Source: Nitrospinales bacterium (lineage in GTDB: Bacteria; Nitrospinota_A; UBA7883; JACRGQ01). From it: a stretch of 64,000 nucleotides of DNA. The position numbers were made by a program, and so were the translations under genes. Location of the stretch: the NCBI GenBank assembly GCA_023248495.1, contig JAHFEK010000001.1, positions 49,195-113,194 of the forward strand, written 5' to 3'. Positions 1 to 12,440 of the stretch are shown here, in pieces (the first letter of the stretch is position 1; every line of letters begins with the position of its first letter). The notes beneath the pieces were generated by a model. That model searched no databases. It saw only the letters and a list, made by a program, of their open reading frames with translations, and was not told where the DNA came from.

Positions 1-1
1 G

Positions 2-985
2 GCCCCCAAGGCGGCACCGGCGCCGGCCGCCAAAACAGCCCCGGCCCCCGCGGCCACTCCCGCGCCGGCTAAAGAAGTGACCTATGACCCGAAGAAGCTT
101 CCTAAAGTGATCGCAACCGTCGGCAAGGTGGAAGTTAGCAGGGAAATTTTCGCGAAAGTGTTGGACAACCTGATTAAACAGATGAAATCGCACGGCCAGC
201 CCATTACCGAGGAGTGGTTGAAGAATGCCCAAAAACAGATAGCCGACCGGATGGTGACGGCCGAGGTGCTTTATCAAGATGCCCAAGCCAACAAAATAAA
301 GGTGGACGACAAGGAAATTCAGGAGCAGATGGACAAGATCGCCAAATCGTTCCCCTCGCCGGAAGAATACAAAAAAGGGCTGAAAGAGCAAGGGGTCACC
401 GATAAAGACCTGAAACGGGATATCGGCAAAAATCTCGCCATCCGCCGCCTGCTTGACGAAAAGGTCACTGCTTTGGTGAAAGTGGACGAAGCCGAAGCTA
501 AAAAATATTATGATGAACACACCAAGGAGTTTGACCGCCCCGAGATGGTAAGGGCGCGCCACATCATTCTGTTGGTGGACAAGAACGCCGACGAAGCCAA
601 GAAGGCCGAAGCGAAAAAGAAAATGGAAGGAATCCTTGCGGAAATAAAAGGCGGCGCGAAGTTTGAAGATGCCGCAAAAAAGAACTCGCAGGACGGCAGC
701 GCGGAGAATGGCGGCGACCTCGGCTTTTTCGCCAAGGGACAGATGGTGAAGGAATTTGAAGAAGCGGTTTGGAACATGAAGCCGGGCGAAGTGAGCGGCA
801 TCGTTACCACCCCGTTTGGCCTGCACCTCATCAAGTTTGAGGAGCGCAAAGCGGCCGGTTCCGTTTCATTCGCGGAAATGAAGAACGATCTGATTCGCGG
901 CCTTGAATCGCAGAAGAAGGGCGACGCGGTGAACAAGTACATCGCCGACCTGAAAGCAAAGGCCAAGATAACGGTCAATCTCTGA
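2..985 (+). CDS. Parvulin-type peptidyl-prolyl cis-trans isomerase (SurA/PpiD/PrsA-like), 5' end cut by the window edge
   Basis: The frame is open from nt 2 (APKAAPAPAAK... Ala/Pro-rich linker). The C-terminal rotamase domain reads 'RARHILL...GGDLGFFAKGQMVKEFEEAVWNMKPGEVSGIVTTPFGLHLIKFEE'. Confidence 0.8.
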   Translation, partial: APKAAPAPAAKTAPAPAATPAPAKEVTYDPKKLPKVIATVGKVEVSREIFAKVLDNLIKQMKSHGQPITEEWLKNAQKQIADRMVTAEVLYQDAQANKIKVDDKEIQEQMDKIAKSFPSPEEYKKGLKEQGVTDKDLKRDIGKNLAIRRLLDEKVTALVKVDEAEAKKYYDEHTKEFDRPEMVRARHIILLVDKNADEAKKAEAKKKMEGILAEIKGGAKFEDAAKKNSQDGSAENGGDLGFFAKGQMVKEFEEAVWNMKPGEVSGIVTTPFGLHLIKFEERKAAGSVSFAEMKNDLIRGLESQKKGDAVNKYIADLKAKAKITVNL

Positions 986-996
986 TACGGCAATAT

Positions 997-1035
997 GGCG
1001 GCGGGCTATCCGGCCCGCCGCCTTTCTTTTTTTCA
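997..1035 (+). terminator. Rho-independent terminator after the PPIase gene
   Basis: A 10-bp GC stem (ggcggcgggc 997-1006 with gcccgccgcc 1013-1022) has loop tatccg and is followed by tttcttttttt. Confidence 0.6.
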
Positions 1036-1058
1036 AAAATACCCGCTATGATTGTGTC

Positions 1059-1985
1059 ATGCGCCTAAGCGTTATCATCGTTAATTACAACAGCGGCCCC
1101 TATCTGGAAAAATGCATTGCGTCGATGGCCGATAAATTCGGCGGCCTCGAATACGAGGTCATCATCGTCGATAATGCCAGCACCGATGGCAGTGTCACCC
1201 CCGCCGCGCGAGCCGACCGTCACACCGCGTTTATTATGAGCGAAACCAACATGGGCTTCGCCGCCGGCTGCAATGCCGGGGCGGATATTGCCATCGGGGA
1301 TTTCCTGCTATTTCTCAATCCCGACACCCGCATCCTTTCGGATGGCATTGGCGCGTTGCTGGATGCTTTTAAGGGGGATGAAAAAATCGGCGCGCTCGGT
1401 TGCCAAAACCGCCGCCCGGATGGGAGCCTCCAGACATCCGCCTACGGGTTCCCCACGCTTTTTCTTGTATTCGCGTGGGCGTTCCGCTTGCGGGAACTGC
1501 TTCGTCTGCCGGGCATTAAAACGCTGCTCACTCCGTTCCTTAAAGGGCGTTTTGGGCAGTTCGATCCGCATTGCAGCCCAAAGCCGGTGGACTACGTCAC
1601 CGGCGCGTTCTTGCTGGTGAAGCGGTTGGCGTGGTATAAAACGGGGCCGTTTGACCGGCGGTTTTTTCTCTTTTGCGAGGAGATCGACTGGTGCCTGCGG
1701 TGCAAACGGGCCGGATTTAGCGTGGTGTTCGATCCGTCGTTTGAGATCGAGCATTTCGTCGGTTACAGCTCCCAAAAGGAAAAGCCGCGCGTGTTGCTGG
1801 AAAAGTTTCTGAGTTACCGGCTGTACTTTGAAAAACACCACCCCGGCCTGAAAAGCGCCACACTGAAGGCGATATTCGCCATGGCGGTTCGATTTTGGGC
1901 GCTGTATTACAAATTGATGGGAGACAGGGAGTACGCCAATGCCTATAAAGGAATTAAAAACCGCCTTGAGCTTGACGAAGGTTGA
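1059..1985 (+). CDS. Glycosyltransferase family 2
   Basis: The N-terminus 'LSVIIVNYNSGPYLEKCI...VIIVDNASTDGS' is the typical GT2 (GT-A) signature, and an 'EEIDWCLR' motif follows. Confidence 0.8.
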   Translation: MRLSVIIVNYNSGPYLEKCIASMADKFGGLEYEVIIVDNASTDGSVTPAARADRHTAFIMSETNMGFAAGCNAGADIAIGDFLLFLNPDTRILSDGIGALLDAFKGDEKIGALGCQNRRPDGSLQTSAYGFPTLFLVFAWAFRLRELLRLPGIKTLLTPFLKGRFGQFDPHCSPKPVDYVTGAFLLVKRLAWYKTGPFDRRFFLFCEEIDWCLRCKRAGFSVVFDPSFEIEHFVGYSSQKEKPRVLLEKFLSYRLYFEKHHPGLKSATLKAIFAMAVRFWALYYKLMGDREYANAYKGIKNRLELDEG

Positions 1986-2784
1986 GAAGTACGAAAAACT
2001 CCGCGCCATTTTCGCCGGTATGGAGAGCGTCGTTGTAGCCTATTCGGGCGGGGTGGACAGCTCGTTTCTAGCGGCCGCCGCGTGGGATTCGCTGAAAGAT
2101 AGCGGTGGCCGGGTGTTGGCCGTCACCGCCCGCAGCAGCACGTATCCGGAAAGCGAATTCCGGCAAGCGCTCGATATCATCAAGCGGATCGGCGCGCCGC
2201 ACCGGGTGATTGTCAGCGAAGAGCTGGACATTCCCGGCTATGCCGACAACCCGCCGGATCGCTGCTTTTACTGCAAAGGGGAATTGTTCGGCATCCTTTC
2301 CAAAATGGCAAAGGAAGAGGGATACGCCTTCGTCTGCGACGGCGCGAATATGGACGATCTCGGCGATTACCGGCCGGGGCGCAAGGCGGCGTTGGAACAG
2401 GGCGTCCGCTCGCCGCTCATTGAGGCGGGCTTTACCAAGGAGGATATTCGCCACCACGCGCAGCGGCTTGGCCTGCCAAATTGGGACAAGCCGGCGGCGG
2501 CTTGCCTCGCCAGCCGTTTTCCGTATGGAGTCAAGATCACCGCCGAGAAGCTGACGCGCGTGGAACAGGCCGAGGATGTTTTGAAGAAGGCAGGCTACCG
2601 GCAGCTCCGCGTGCGCGATCACGATGGTATCGCCCGCATCGAAATCGCCAAAAGCGAGCTGGCCGCGTTTATGGCCGACCCGCGTTACGGCGAGTGGGCG
2701 GCGGCGATAAAGGCGCTCGGATTCACTTATGTAACCCTCGATCTCGAAGGCTATCGCACCGGCTCGTTGAATTTGTTCAAGTAG
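1939..2784 (+). CDS. larE: PP-loop ATP-dependent sulfur transferase, LarE family
   Basis: It has the PP-loop 'AYSGGVDSSFL' and the LarE-type 'AACLASRFPYG' cysteine motif. It overlaps the upstream GT2 gene by 47 nt; an in-frame TTG at 1972 is an alternative start. Confidence 0.7.
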   Translation: MPIKELKTALSLTKVEKYEKLRAIFAGMESVVVAYSGGVDSSFLAAAAWDSLKDSGGRVLAVTARSSTYPESEFRQALDIIKRIGAPHRVIVSEELDIPGYADNPPDRCFYCKGELFGILSKMAKEEGYAFVCDGANMDDLGDYRPGRKAALEQGVRSPLIEAGFTKEDIRHHAQRLGLPNWDKPAAACLASRFPYGVKITAEKLTRVEQAEDVLKKAGYRQLRVRDHDGIARIEIAKSELAAFMADPRYGEWAAAIKALGFTYVTLDLEGYRTGSLNLFK

Positions 2785-2849
2785 GTGCGTTCAATCCTGT
2801 CGCACAATCGGACCGGCGGGCCGATGAGGGAAGTTTTGATAATATTACT

Positions 2850-2875
2850 GGGTGCCGGGTCAAGCCCGGCATGAC
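2850..2875. repeat. Hairpin repeat family A copy (GGGTGCCGGGTCAAGCCCGGCATGAC)
   Basis: The stem gccggg/cccggc has loop tcaag. The same unit recurs at 32579, 62038 (inverted), 62485 and 62529 (variant). Confidence 0.7.
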
Positions 2876-2893
2876 ATCATAAATAAATTTGGT

Positions 2894-3922
2894 TTAGAAA
2901 AACGGTTCGCTGGCGGTGCCGTGGGAAACTTCGGGCTGGTTCACCGCGCCGTGGGGGCGTTGCCCGGCGATGGCTTCCAGAATGTTTTGTGCGGCGTCAA
3001 GCGTGATGTTCCTTCGCACATCATCGACCGCGCTGCCGATATGCGGGGTAAAGACGGTGTGCAGGCTGTTTTTGACCAGCGAGGGATTAATGCTCTCCGG
3101 GTGATCTGAAAACATGTCATCTTCCATCGCGAATACATCCGCCGCGTATCCGGCCAACCGTCCTTCCGCCAAGGCTTTCACCACCGCTGTTTCTTCCACC
3201 ACGCTGCCGCGCGCCATGTTGATCAGGTAGGCGTGTTTTTTCAATTTTCCAACCGTTTCCGCATTGATGAGTCCGCGGGTGTTGGGCAGAAGGGGGAGCG
3301 AGAGGATGACGAAATCGGAAGATGCAAGCAGGTCATCCTGCGATTTGCGGGTAATTTTCAGGGCGTATTCGCGGTCTTTTGATAACGGATTCGGATCGGC
3401 GTAGAGAAGCTTCAGGTCAAAGCCCTCCAGCCGTTTGGCGATTGCCTGCCCCAATGCTCCCATACCGAGGAAGCCGAGGGTTTTTCCAGAAAGGCCGGTG
3501 CCGTAGTGGTCGGCGCGCCATCCGTTGAACTTGCCTGAACGGATGAATCGATCGCCTTCAGGGAGCATTCGCGTTACGCCGATTAATAGGCCTATGGCCA
3601 GTTCCGAGGCCGGGGTGTGCCGCATGTCCGGCACGATCGTGTACCAGATGCCGCGTTTGGTGCAGGCGTTCATGTCCACGTTTTTCGGCTGGGTGGTGGT
3701 CGATGCGGCGATGCGCAGCTTTGGCGCGGCGGCGATCATCTCGGCGTCCACCGTGTCTTTGCCGAAGACCATCACCGCTTCGGCGTCCGCGATTTCCTTC
3801 AGCAGCGTTTTGCGGGGCATGGATTCGCGGCTGTGGTTGCGGACTAACTCGCACTGCGAGCTTAAATAGTCGATAACCTCATCATGCACCCAATGAGTGA
3901 GAACCACGCGCGGTTTGATCAT
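2894..3922 (-). CDS. ptxD: NAD-dependent D-2-hydroxyacid dehydrogenase family, phosphonate (phosphite) dehydrogenase PtxD-like
   Basis: From memory it is collinear with P. stutzeri PtxD: 'VVLTHWVHDEVIDYLSSQCELVRN', 'GMGALGQAIAKRL' (NAD site), 'NMARGSVVEE', 'GYAADVFAMED' and 'FTPHIGSAVDDVRRNI...AAQNILEAIAGQRP'. Confidence 0.6.
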   Translation of the reverse strand: MIKPRVVLTHWVHDEVIDYLSSQCELVRNHSRESMPRKTLLKEIADAEAVMVFGKDTVDAEMIAAAPKLRIAASTTTQPKNVDMNACTKRGIWYTIVPDMRHTPASELAIGLLIGVTRMLPEGDRFIRSGKFNGWRADHYGTGLSGKTLGFLGMGALGQAIAKRLEGFDLKLLYADPNPLSKDREYALKITRKSQDDLLASSDFVILSLPLLPNTRGLINAETVGKLKKHAYLINMARGSVVEETAVVKALAEGRLAGYAADVFAMEDDMFSDHPESINPSLVKNSLHTVFTPHIGSAVDDVRRNITLDAAQNILEAIAGQRPHGAVNQPEVSHGTASEPFF

Positions 3923-4000
3923 GGAGCCGCTCCTGTTTGAAAATTATGATTAATTATAGTGAAAACCGCGGGGAAAGGGAAATCGCGCGTGTTGAAGATA

Positions 4001-4031
4001 TTGCAATGGAATCATTATGATGGCATATAAT
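4001..4031 (+). promoter_or_regulatory. Possible sigma70-type promoter for the REC-DHp gene
   Basis: TTGCAA (4001-4006) and a perfect TATAAT (4026-4031) lie in an AT-rich divergent intergenic region. The spacer is 19 nt, which is long. Confidence 0.3.
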
Positions 4032-4051
4032 AGCCCATATGAATCGGGAAT

Positions 4052-4738
4052 GTGGCAATGGCTAAAATTATGATCGTTGATGACGATCCTAATATTGGAT
4101 TGCTGGTTGAAATGACCCTGCGCAAAAAGGGCAACTTTGACATTGTTAACTGTTCCAGCGGCGATATGGCTCTGGAACGGCTTGACAAGGAGAAGCCGGA
4201 CTTAATGTTGCTCGACATCATGATGCCCGGCATTGATGGCTATGAAGTTTGCAGGACGATAAAAGGAAATCCCGAAACCAAGTTCATTTCCGTCATTATG
4301 CTTTCCGCCCGGCGCGAGATGGTGGATAAGATCAAGGGGATGGACTTGGGCGCTGATGACTACATCGTCAAGCCCTTCGATCCGGATGAGCTGTTGAGCA
4401 GGGTTAAGGCCCGGCTCCGCATTCGCGAGCTCGAAAAAGATCTGCTGGAGGCGAGACAGCTCCAGACCGTTCTTGCGATGACCGTGACCCTGCAACATGA
4501 AATCAACAATCCGCTTGCCGGCATCATGGGCAACGCCGAGATGCTTAAAGAGTGGAAAAAAATGGACGCGAAAGATGTATTCGAATGTATTCAAACGATA
4601 AATACCCAAGCCTGCCGAATTCGTGATCTGGTCGCGAAACTTAGTTCTATCACCAAGGTTGTGGAATCGACCTATATCGGTTCCACTAAAATGATAGATG
4701 TTGACCGCTCCAGTCCGCCGACCGGCAAGATAGGCTGA
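4052..4738 (+). CDS. Response-regulator receiver fused to a histidine-kinase DHp (HisKA-like) domain, no ATPase domain
   Basis: The REC domain reads 'IMIVDDDPN...LMLLDIMMPGIDG...DDYIVKPF'. An H-box 'LQHEINNPLAGIMGNAEML' follows, and the protein ends about 70 aa later with no N/G1/G2 boxes. ATG at 4058 is an alternative start. Confidence 0.8.
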   Translation: MAMAKIMIVDDDPNIGLLVEMTLRKKGNFDIVNCSSGDMALERLDKEKPDLMLLDIMMPGIDGYEVCRTIKGNPETKFISVIMLSARREMVDKIKGMDLGADDYIVKPFDPDELLSRVKARLRIRELEKDLLEARQLQTVLAMTVTLQHEINNPLAGIMGNAEMLKEWKKMDAKDVFECIQTINTQACRIRDLVAKLSSITKVVESTYIGSTKMIDVDRSSPPTGKIG

Positions 4739-4836
4739 TTTTTACCGAATTCCCCGCTTTCAATTACCAGACATATTTGATAAGGTATGGTGGCGTATTT
4801 TTACGGCTATGAATCATTATGGGCTAGGAGAATTGC

Positions 4837-5025
4837 ATGGGCGAGACATATCAAATTTGCGAATGCCGTCGCGTGACGAACACTCAAATTGAGGAAGCGG
4901 TAAAGGGTGGAGCCGATACCTTTGACAAGGTGCAGGCTATTACCCACGTGAGCACCGGTTGCGGCGGGTGCGTCATGGATGCCATCAAGGTGTTTAAGGA
5001 CGCGAGGGCAAAATATCTTGTCTGA
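4837..5025 (+). CDS. bfd: BFD-like [2Fe-2S]-binding protein (bacterioferritin-associated ferredoxin family)
   Basis: This 62-aa protein has the cysteine pattern 'ICECRRVT...STGCGGCV', and an AGGAGA RBS lies upstream. Confidence 0.75.
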   Translation: MGETYQICECRRVTNTQIEEAVKGGADTFDKVQAITHVSTGCGGCVMDAIKVFKDARAKYLV

Positions 5026-5575
5026 ACTATTTTTAGACGAGCCATCGATCCTGAAGGTAAACCTTTTGGGGCACCCGGTTTTGCGTAAACGGGCTGATCC
5101 GGTGACACCAAAAGAACTCAAAGACCCGCGTTTTAAGCTCTTTATCGAGTCGATGATCGAAACGATGCGGGAATATAACGGCGCGGGGCTTGCCGCTCCG
5201 CAAGTCGGCGTTTCGCGGCAGGTGGCGGTGGTTGAGACGCAGGAAAATCCGCGCTATCCTGGCAAAGAGTCGATCCCCCTCACCGTGCTGATCAATCCGG
5301 AAATCACCGCCTTCTCACCGGACGTGGAAGAGGGGTGGGAAGGGTGCTTGAGCGTGCGGGATCTTTGGGGCAAGGTAAAACGGGCCACCGGTATCACTCT
5401 GAAAGCGCTTTCGATGGACGGCAAGGAGGTTACTATTAAAGTGGATGGGTTTCAGGCCGTGGTGTTTCAGCATGAAATCGATCATCTTTACGGAAAGCTC
5501 TTTATCGACCGGATGGAAGGATTTCAGACTTTGAGTTTTACGCAGGAGTACCGCCGGTACTGGCAGGAGGATTGA
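4979..5575 (+). CDS. def: Peptide deformylase
   Basis: All three deformylase motifs are present: 'GAGLAAPQVG', 'EGCLSV' and 'QHEIDHL'. The true start may be TTG 5018, which overlaps the bfd stop by 8 nt. Confidence 0.9.
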   Translation: MPSRCLRTRGQNILSELFLDEPSILKVNLLGHPVLRKRADPVTPKELKDPRFKLFIESMIETMREYNGAGLAAPQVGVSRQVAVVETQENPRYPGKESIPLTVLINPEITAFSPDVEEGWEGCLSVRDLWGKVKRATGITLKALSMDGKEVTIKVDGFQAVVFQHEIDHLYGKLFIDRMEGFQTLSFTQEYRRYWQED

Positions 5576-5577
5576 TA

Positions 5578-5611
5578 CGCCGCCGTTTCTTTTGTGTGGC
5601 GGCGCGTTTTA
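5578..5611 (+). terminator. Weak candidate terminator after def
   Basis: A 7-bp stem (cgccgcc 5578-5584 with ggcggcg 5598-5604) has a 13-nt loop and is followed by cgtttt. Confidence 0.3.
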
Positions 5612-5749
5612 CCGCTTGTCAAATACGGCTTGTTTTGGGATTATGAAACTGGTTGGCTATGGGGTAAACCACAAGCGTGTTTCAGAACGCGGCCAATGTC
5701 TCCCTTTGTCTGGCGGAAGGGAAATTATGCATTATTATCGGAGGTCGGT

Positions 5750-10215
<4,466 letters not shown>

Positions 10216-10235
10216 TTGAACCGTTGTGTAAGATC

Positions 10236-10262
10236 GGCCATCCACCCGGATGGCCTTTTTTT
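10236..10262 (+). terminator. Rho-independent terminator after the ferredoxin gene
   Basis: The hairpin ggccatcc-accc-ggatggcc is followed by ttttttt. Confidence 0.7.
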
Positions 10263-10305
10263 CGGCTAAAGCCCCCGAGGCGTGATGCCGATATAGCGGG
10301 TACCT

Positions 10306-10575
10306 ATGGATTTATTTACGATACGCGACCTTGAAATGGTTTTTAAGGCGTTGTTCGCAATTCTTTTCGCCTTTATGGCGCTGAAAGGACTGATCATCGC
10401 CGTTGAAGCCGCCCGTTTGGATCTTGAGATCCGATTACGATATCGCCAACGCGCCGAATTTATAGAGAATTTCTATAACATCTACAACACCCAAAAGATG
10501 CGGATCGAAGAGGAGCGGCGTTTGGAGAAAGAGGCCCAAGAGGCCCGCTATCAAGCGAGCCTTGTTGGAGTCTAA
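10306..10575 (+). CDS. Hypothetical small single-pass membrane protein
   Basis: This 89-aa ORF has one hydrophobic helix ('ALFAILFAFMALKGLIIAV') and a charged coiled tail. I recognise no motif. Confidence 0.4.
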   Translation: MDLFTIRDLEMVFKALFAILFAFMALKGLIIAVEAARLDLEIRLRYRQRAEFIENFYNIYNTQKMRIEEERRLEKEAQEARYQASLVGV

Positions 10576-10623
10576 TTCGGAAATCGCGCGCCAGCTCGCG
10601 GTATTTCCCGTGAATAATGCGGT

Positions 10624-11160
10624 CTAGTGGTTTGCCGGTTCGGGCATTCCGCCGTTTTCGCCTTGCTCTTCCCCTGATTCCTCGCCCGCCTCGATCCCTG
10701 GTATTTCTTGTCCGGCCCCTTGGCTGAAAGGGCGGATTTCAGCATGACCGATCAGTCCCCCAAGGTAAGCTGTGCGTGCGATTGGCAGGGTGGCGATGAC
10801 GGATAGGATAACGATTCCCATCATGAGTTTGGGATTGAGCGGTTTCCCCTTTTTCTGATTCCACAGTTCAAAGGCCGAGAGCGCCGCGATTATGCATAAT
10901 AGGGCGCCCGCCGCCATTGCCGCCGTTTCGTGGGTTTCAATCATTGCTTTGAGCACCCCGGGTTTATGCTCCACCATCTCTTCGGCCGGTTCCCCGGTCA
11001 AATAGGCGAAAATGGCGGAGATGCCAACAAAGACATAAGCCCACAGGGCGGCGCGCTTTACATGGTTGTCTTTAACGTAAAAAGCGTATCCCGCCAGCGC
11101 GATGCTAAAAAAAAGCCCCATGACTGGGGCATGGTTGATGACAAGGTGGATGTGTCCCAA
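10624..11160 (-). CDS. Hypothetical polytopic membrane protein
   Basis: It has about four hydrophobic helices and an acidic C-terminal tail. No overlapping ORF makes better coding sense in this interval. Confidence 0.6.
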   Translation of the reverse strand: MGHIHLVINHAPVMGLFFSIALAGYAFYVKDNHVKRAALWAYVFVGISAIFAYLTGEPAEEMVEHKPGVLKAMIETHETAAMAAGALLCIIAALSAFELWNQKKGKPLNPKLMMGIVILSVIATLPIARTAYLGGLIGHAEIRPFSQGAGQEIPGIEAGEESGEEQGENGGMPEPANH

Positions 11161-11270
11161 TTCTTTCTCCTTACATTTTTTCTTTTAGGATTCAAGTAAT
11201 GATACAGGGATGCTCGCGGTATCTCAAAGAAAAATGGAGCGCGAAATAATGGAGGTATGCCGCGGCGGCG

Positions 11271-12407
11271 TCACCATGCAATGTTGCGGGCTTTGAGCAG
11301 CCGTTTCGCTTGACCATTGCCGCGCCGCGCCGCCGCCTGGTAGTCCTCCATCGCCGCGTTGGTATTGCCCAGTTTTTCGTTTGTTTTGGCTCGGTGAAGC
11401 CGCGCCTGGTGGAATTCCGGATTTATATTCACTGCCCGGTCGAAGTCTCTGAGGGCCTTCAAATAGTCGCCCGTTTGATAGGCGGCGTTACCGCGGTTGG
11501 CGTAGTTTTCAGCGGAAGGATCAAGGGCAATGGCGTTGGTCAGGTCGCCGATGCCACCCTCGATTTCGCCGACACGAACGCGCGCCACGCCGCGTTTTCC
11601 CCAAGCCCCGGCGTTCCGGGGGTCGAGCGTCAGCACACGGTTGAGGTCATCCACCGCCGCGCGGTCGCTCCCCGCCGCGATGAGCGCTTCGGCGCGAAGG
11701 CCCAGCGCTTCCGCGTCATTCGGGGTGTTTTCTATAACGTAATTCAGGTCGTCCAGCGCATTCGCGTAGCGGCCATTGGTGATGGATGCGTGTCCGCGAT
11801 TGTAGCGGGCGCTGGCGTTTTCGGGATTAATCGCGATAGCCGCATTGTAATCGGCGAACGCCGCGTCCCATTCGCCCCGTTCGCTGAAGGCGTTGCCGCG
11901 GTTGTTATAGGCGAAATCGTCCAGGGGATTAAGCGCGAGCGCCCGCGTGTAGTCGTTTACCGCCTCGCGGTATTTTCCCAAGGCGTAGAAGGCCAAGCCA
12001 CGGCCCACAAAAGCGTCTGCGAAAGCGGGATCGAGGATCAACACGCGGTCAAAATCGGCGATGGCGCCAGCGGGATTGCCTAGGTCGCGAAGCGTAACCC
12101 CGCGTTTATAAAGGTGTTGCTGGTCATGTGGGTTGATGGCGACGGCATGGTTGAGATCGTCAAGCGCGCGGTCGAATTTACCCAGACTGTAGTAGGCATC
12201 GGCGCGATCACCGTAAGCCTTGGAATTGGAAGGATCTAGGGCGATATCGCGGGTGGTTTCCTCGATGATGGCGTAGGGGTCCGAAACCGGCGGATCATCT
12301 TCCTCCATTTGTTTCATTTCAAACAAGTCCGCCGCATGCGCCAACGGCGTCAACGGCGCCAAAACCGCCAAAATCGCCAGCGCACCGCGCAAAAATGCAA
12401 AAACCAT
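11271..12407 (-). CDS. Secreted tetratricopeptide (TPR) repeat protein
   Basis: It has a signal peptide ('AILAVLAPLTPLAHA') followed by many 34-aa TPR units ('A..NRG.A......ERAL.DFN.AI.LNP'). Confidence 0.8.
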   Translation of the reverse strand: MVFAFLRGALAILAVLAPLTPLAHAADLFEMKQMEEDDPPVSDPYAIIEETTRDIALDPSNSKAYGDRADAYYSLGKFDRALDDLNHAVAINPHDQQHLYKRGVTLRDLGNPAGAIADFDRVLILDPAFADAFVGRGLAFYALGKYREAVNDYTRALALNPLDDFAYNNRGNAFSERGEWDAAFADYNAAIAINPENASARYNRGHASITNGRYANALDDLNYVIENTPNDAEALGLRAEALIAAGSDRAAVDDLNRVLTLDPRNAGAWGKRGVARVRVGEIEGGIGDLTNAIALDPSAENYANRGNAAYQTGDYLKALRDFDRAVNINPEFHQARLHRAKTNEKLGNTNAAMEDYQAAARRGNGQAKRLLKARNIAW

Positions 12408-12440
12408 GGTTGGTATTTTAGCGTATCGGAGGTGCGGAGG

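Noticed and set aside
5594-5749. N-terminal 52-codon extension of the activase ORF ('MWRRVLPLVKYGLFWDYETGW...').
   Set aside because: The extension has no homology-like features. A GGAGG RBS sits 5 nt before GTG 5750, which begins the canonical 'KRLFLGIDIGS' ASKHA N-terminus.
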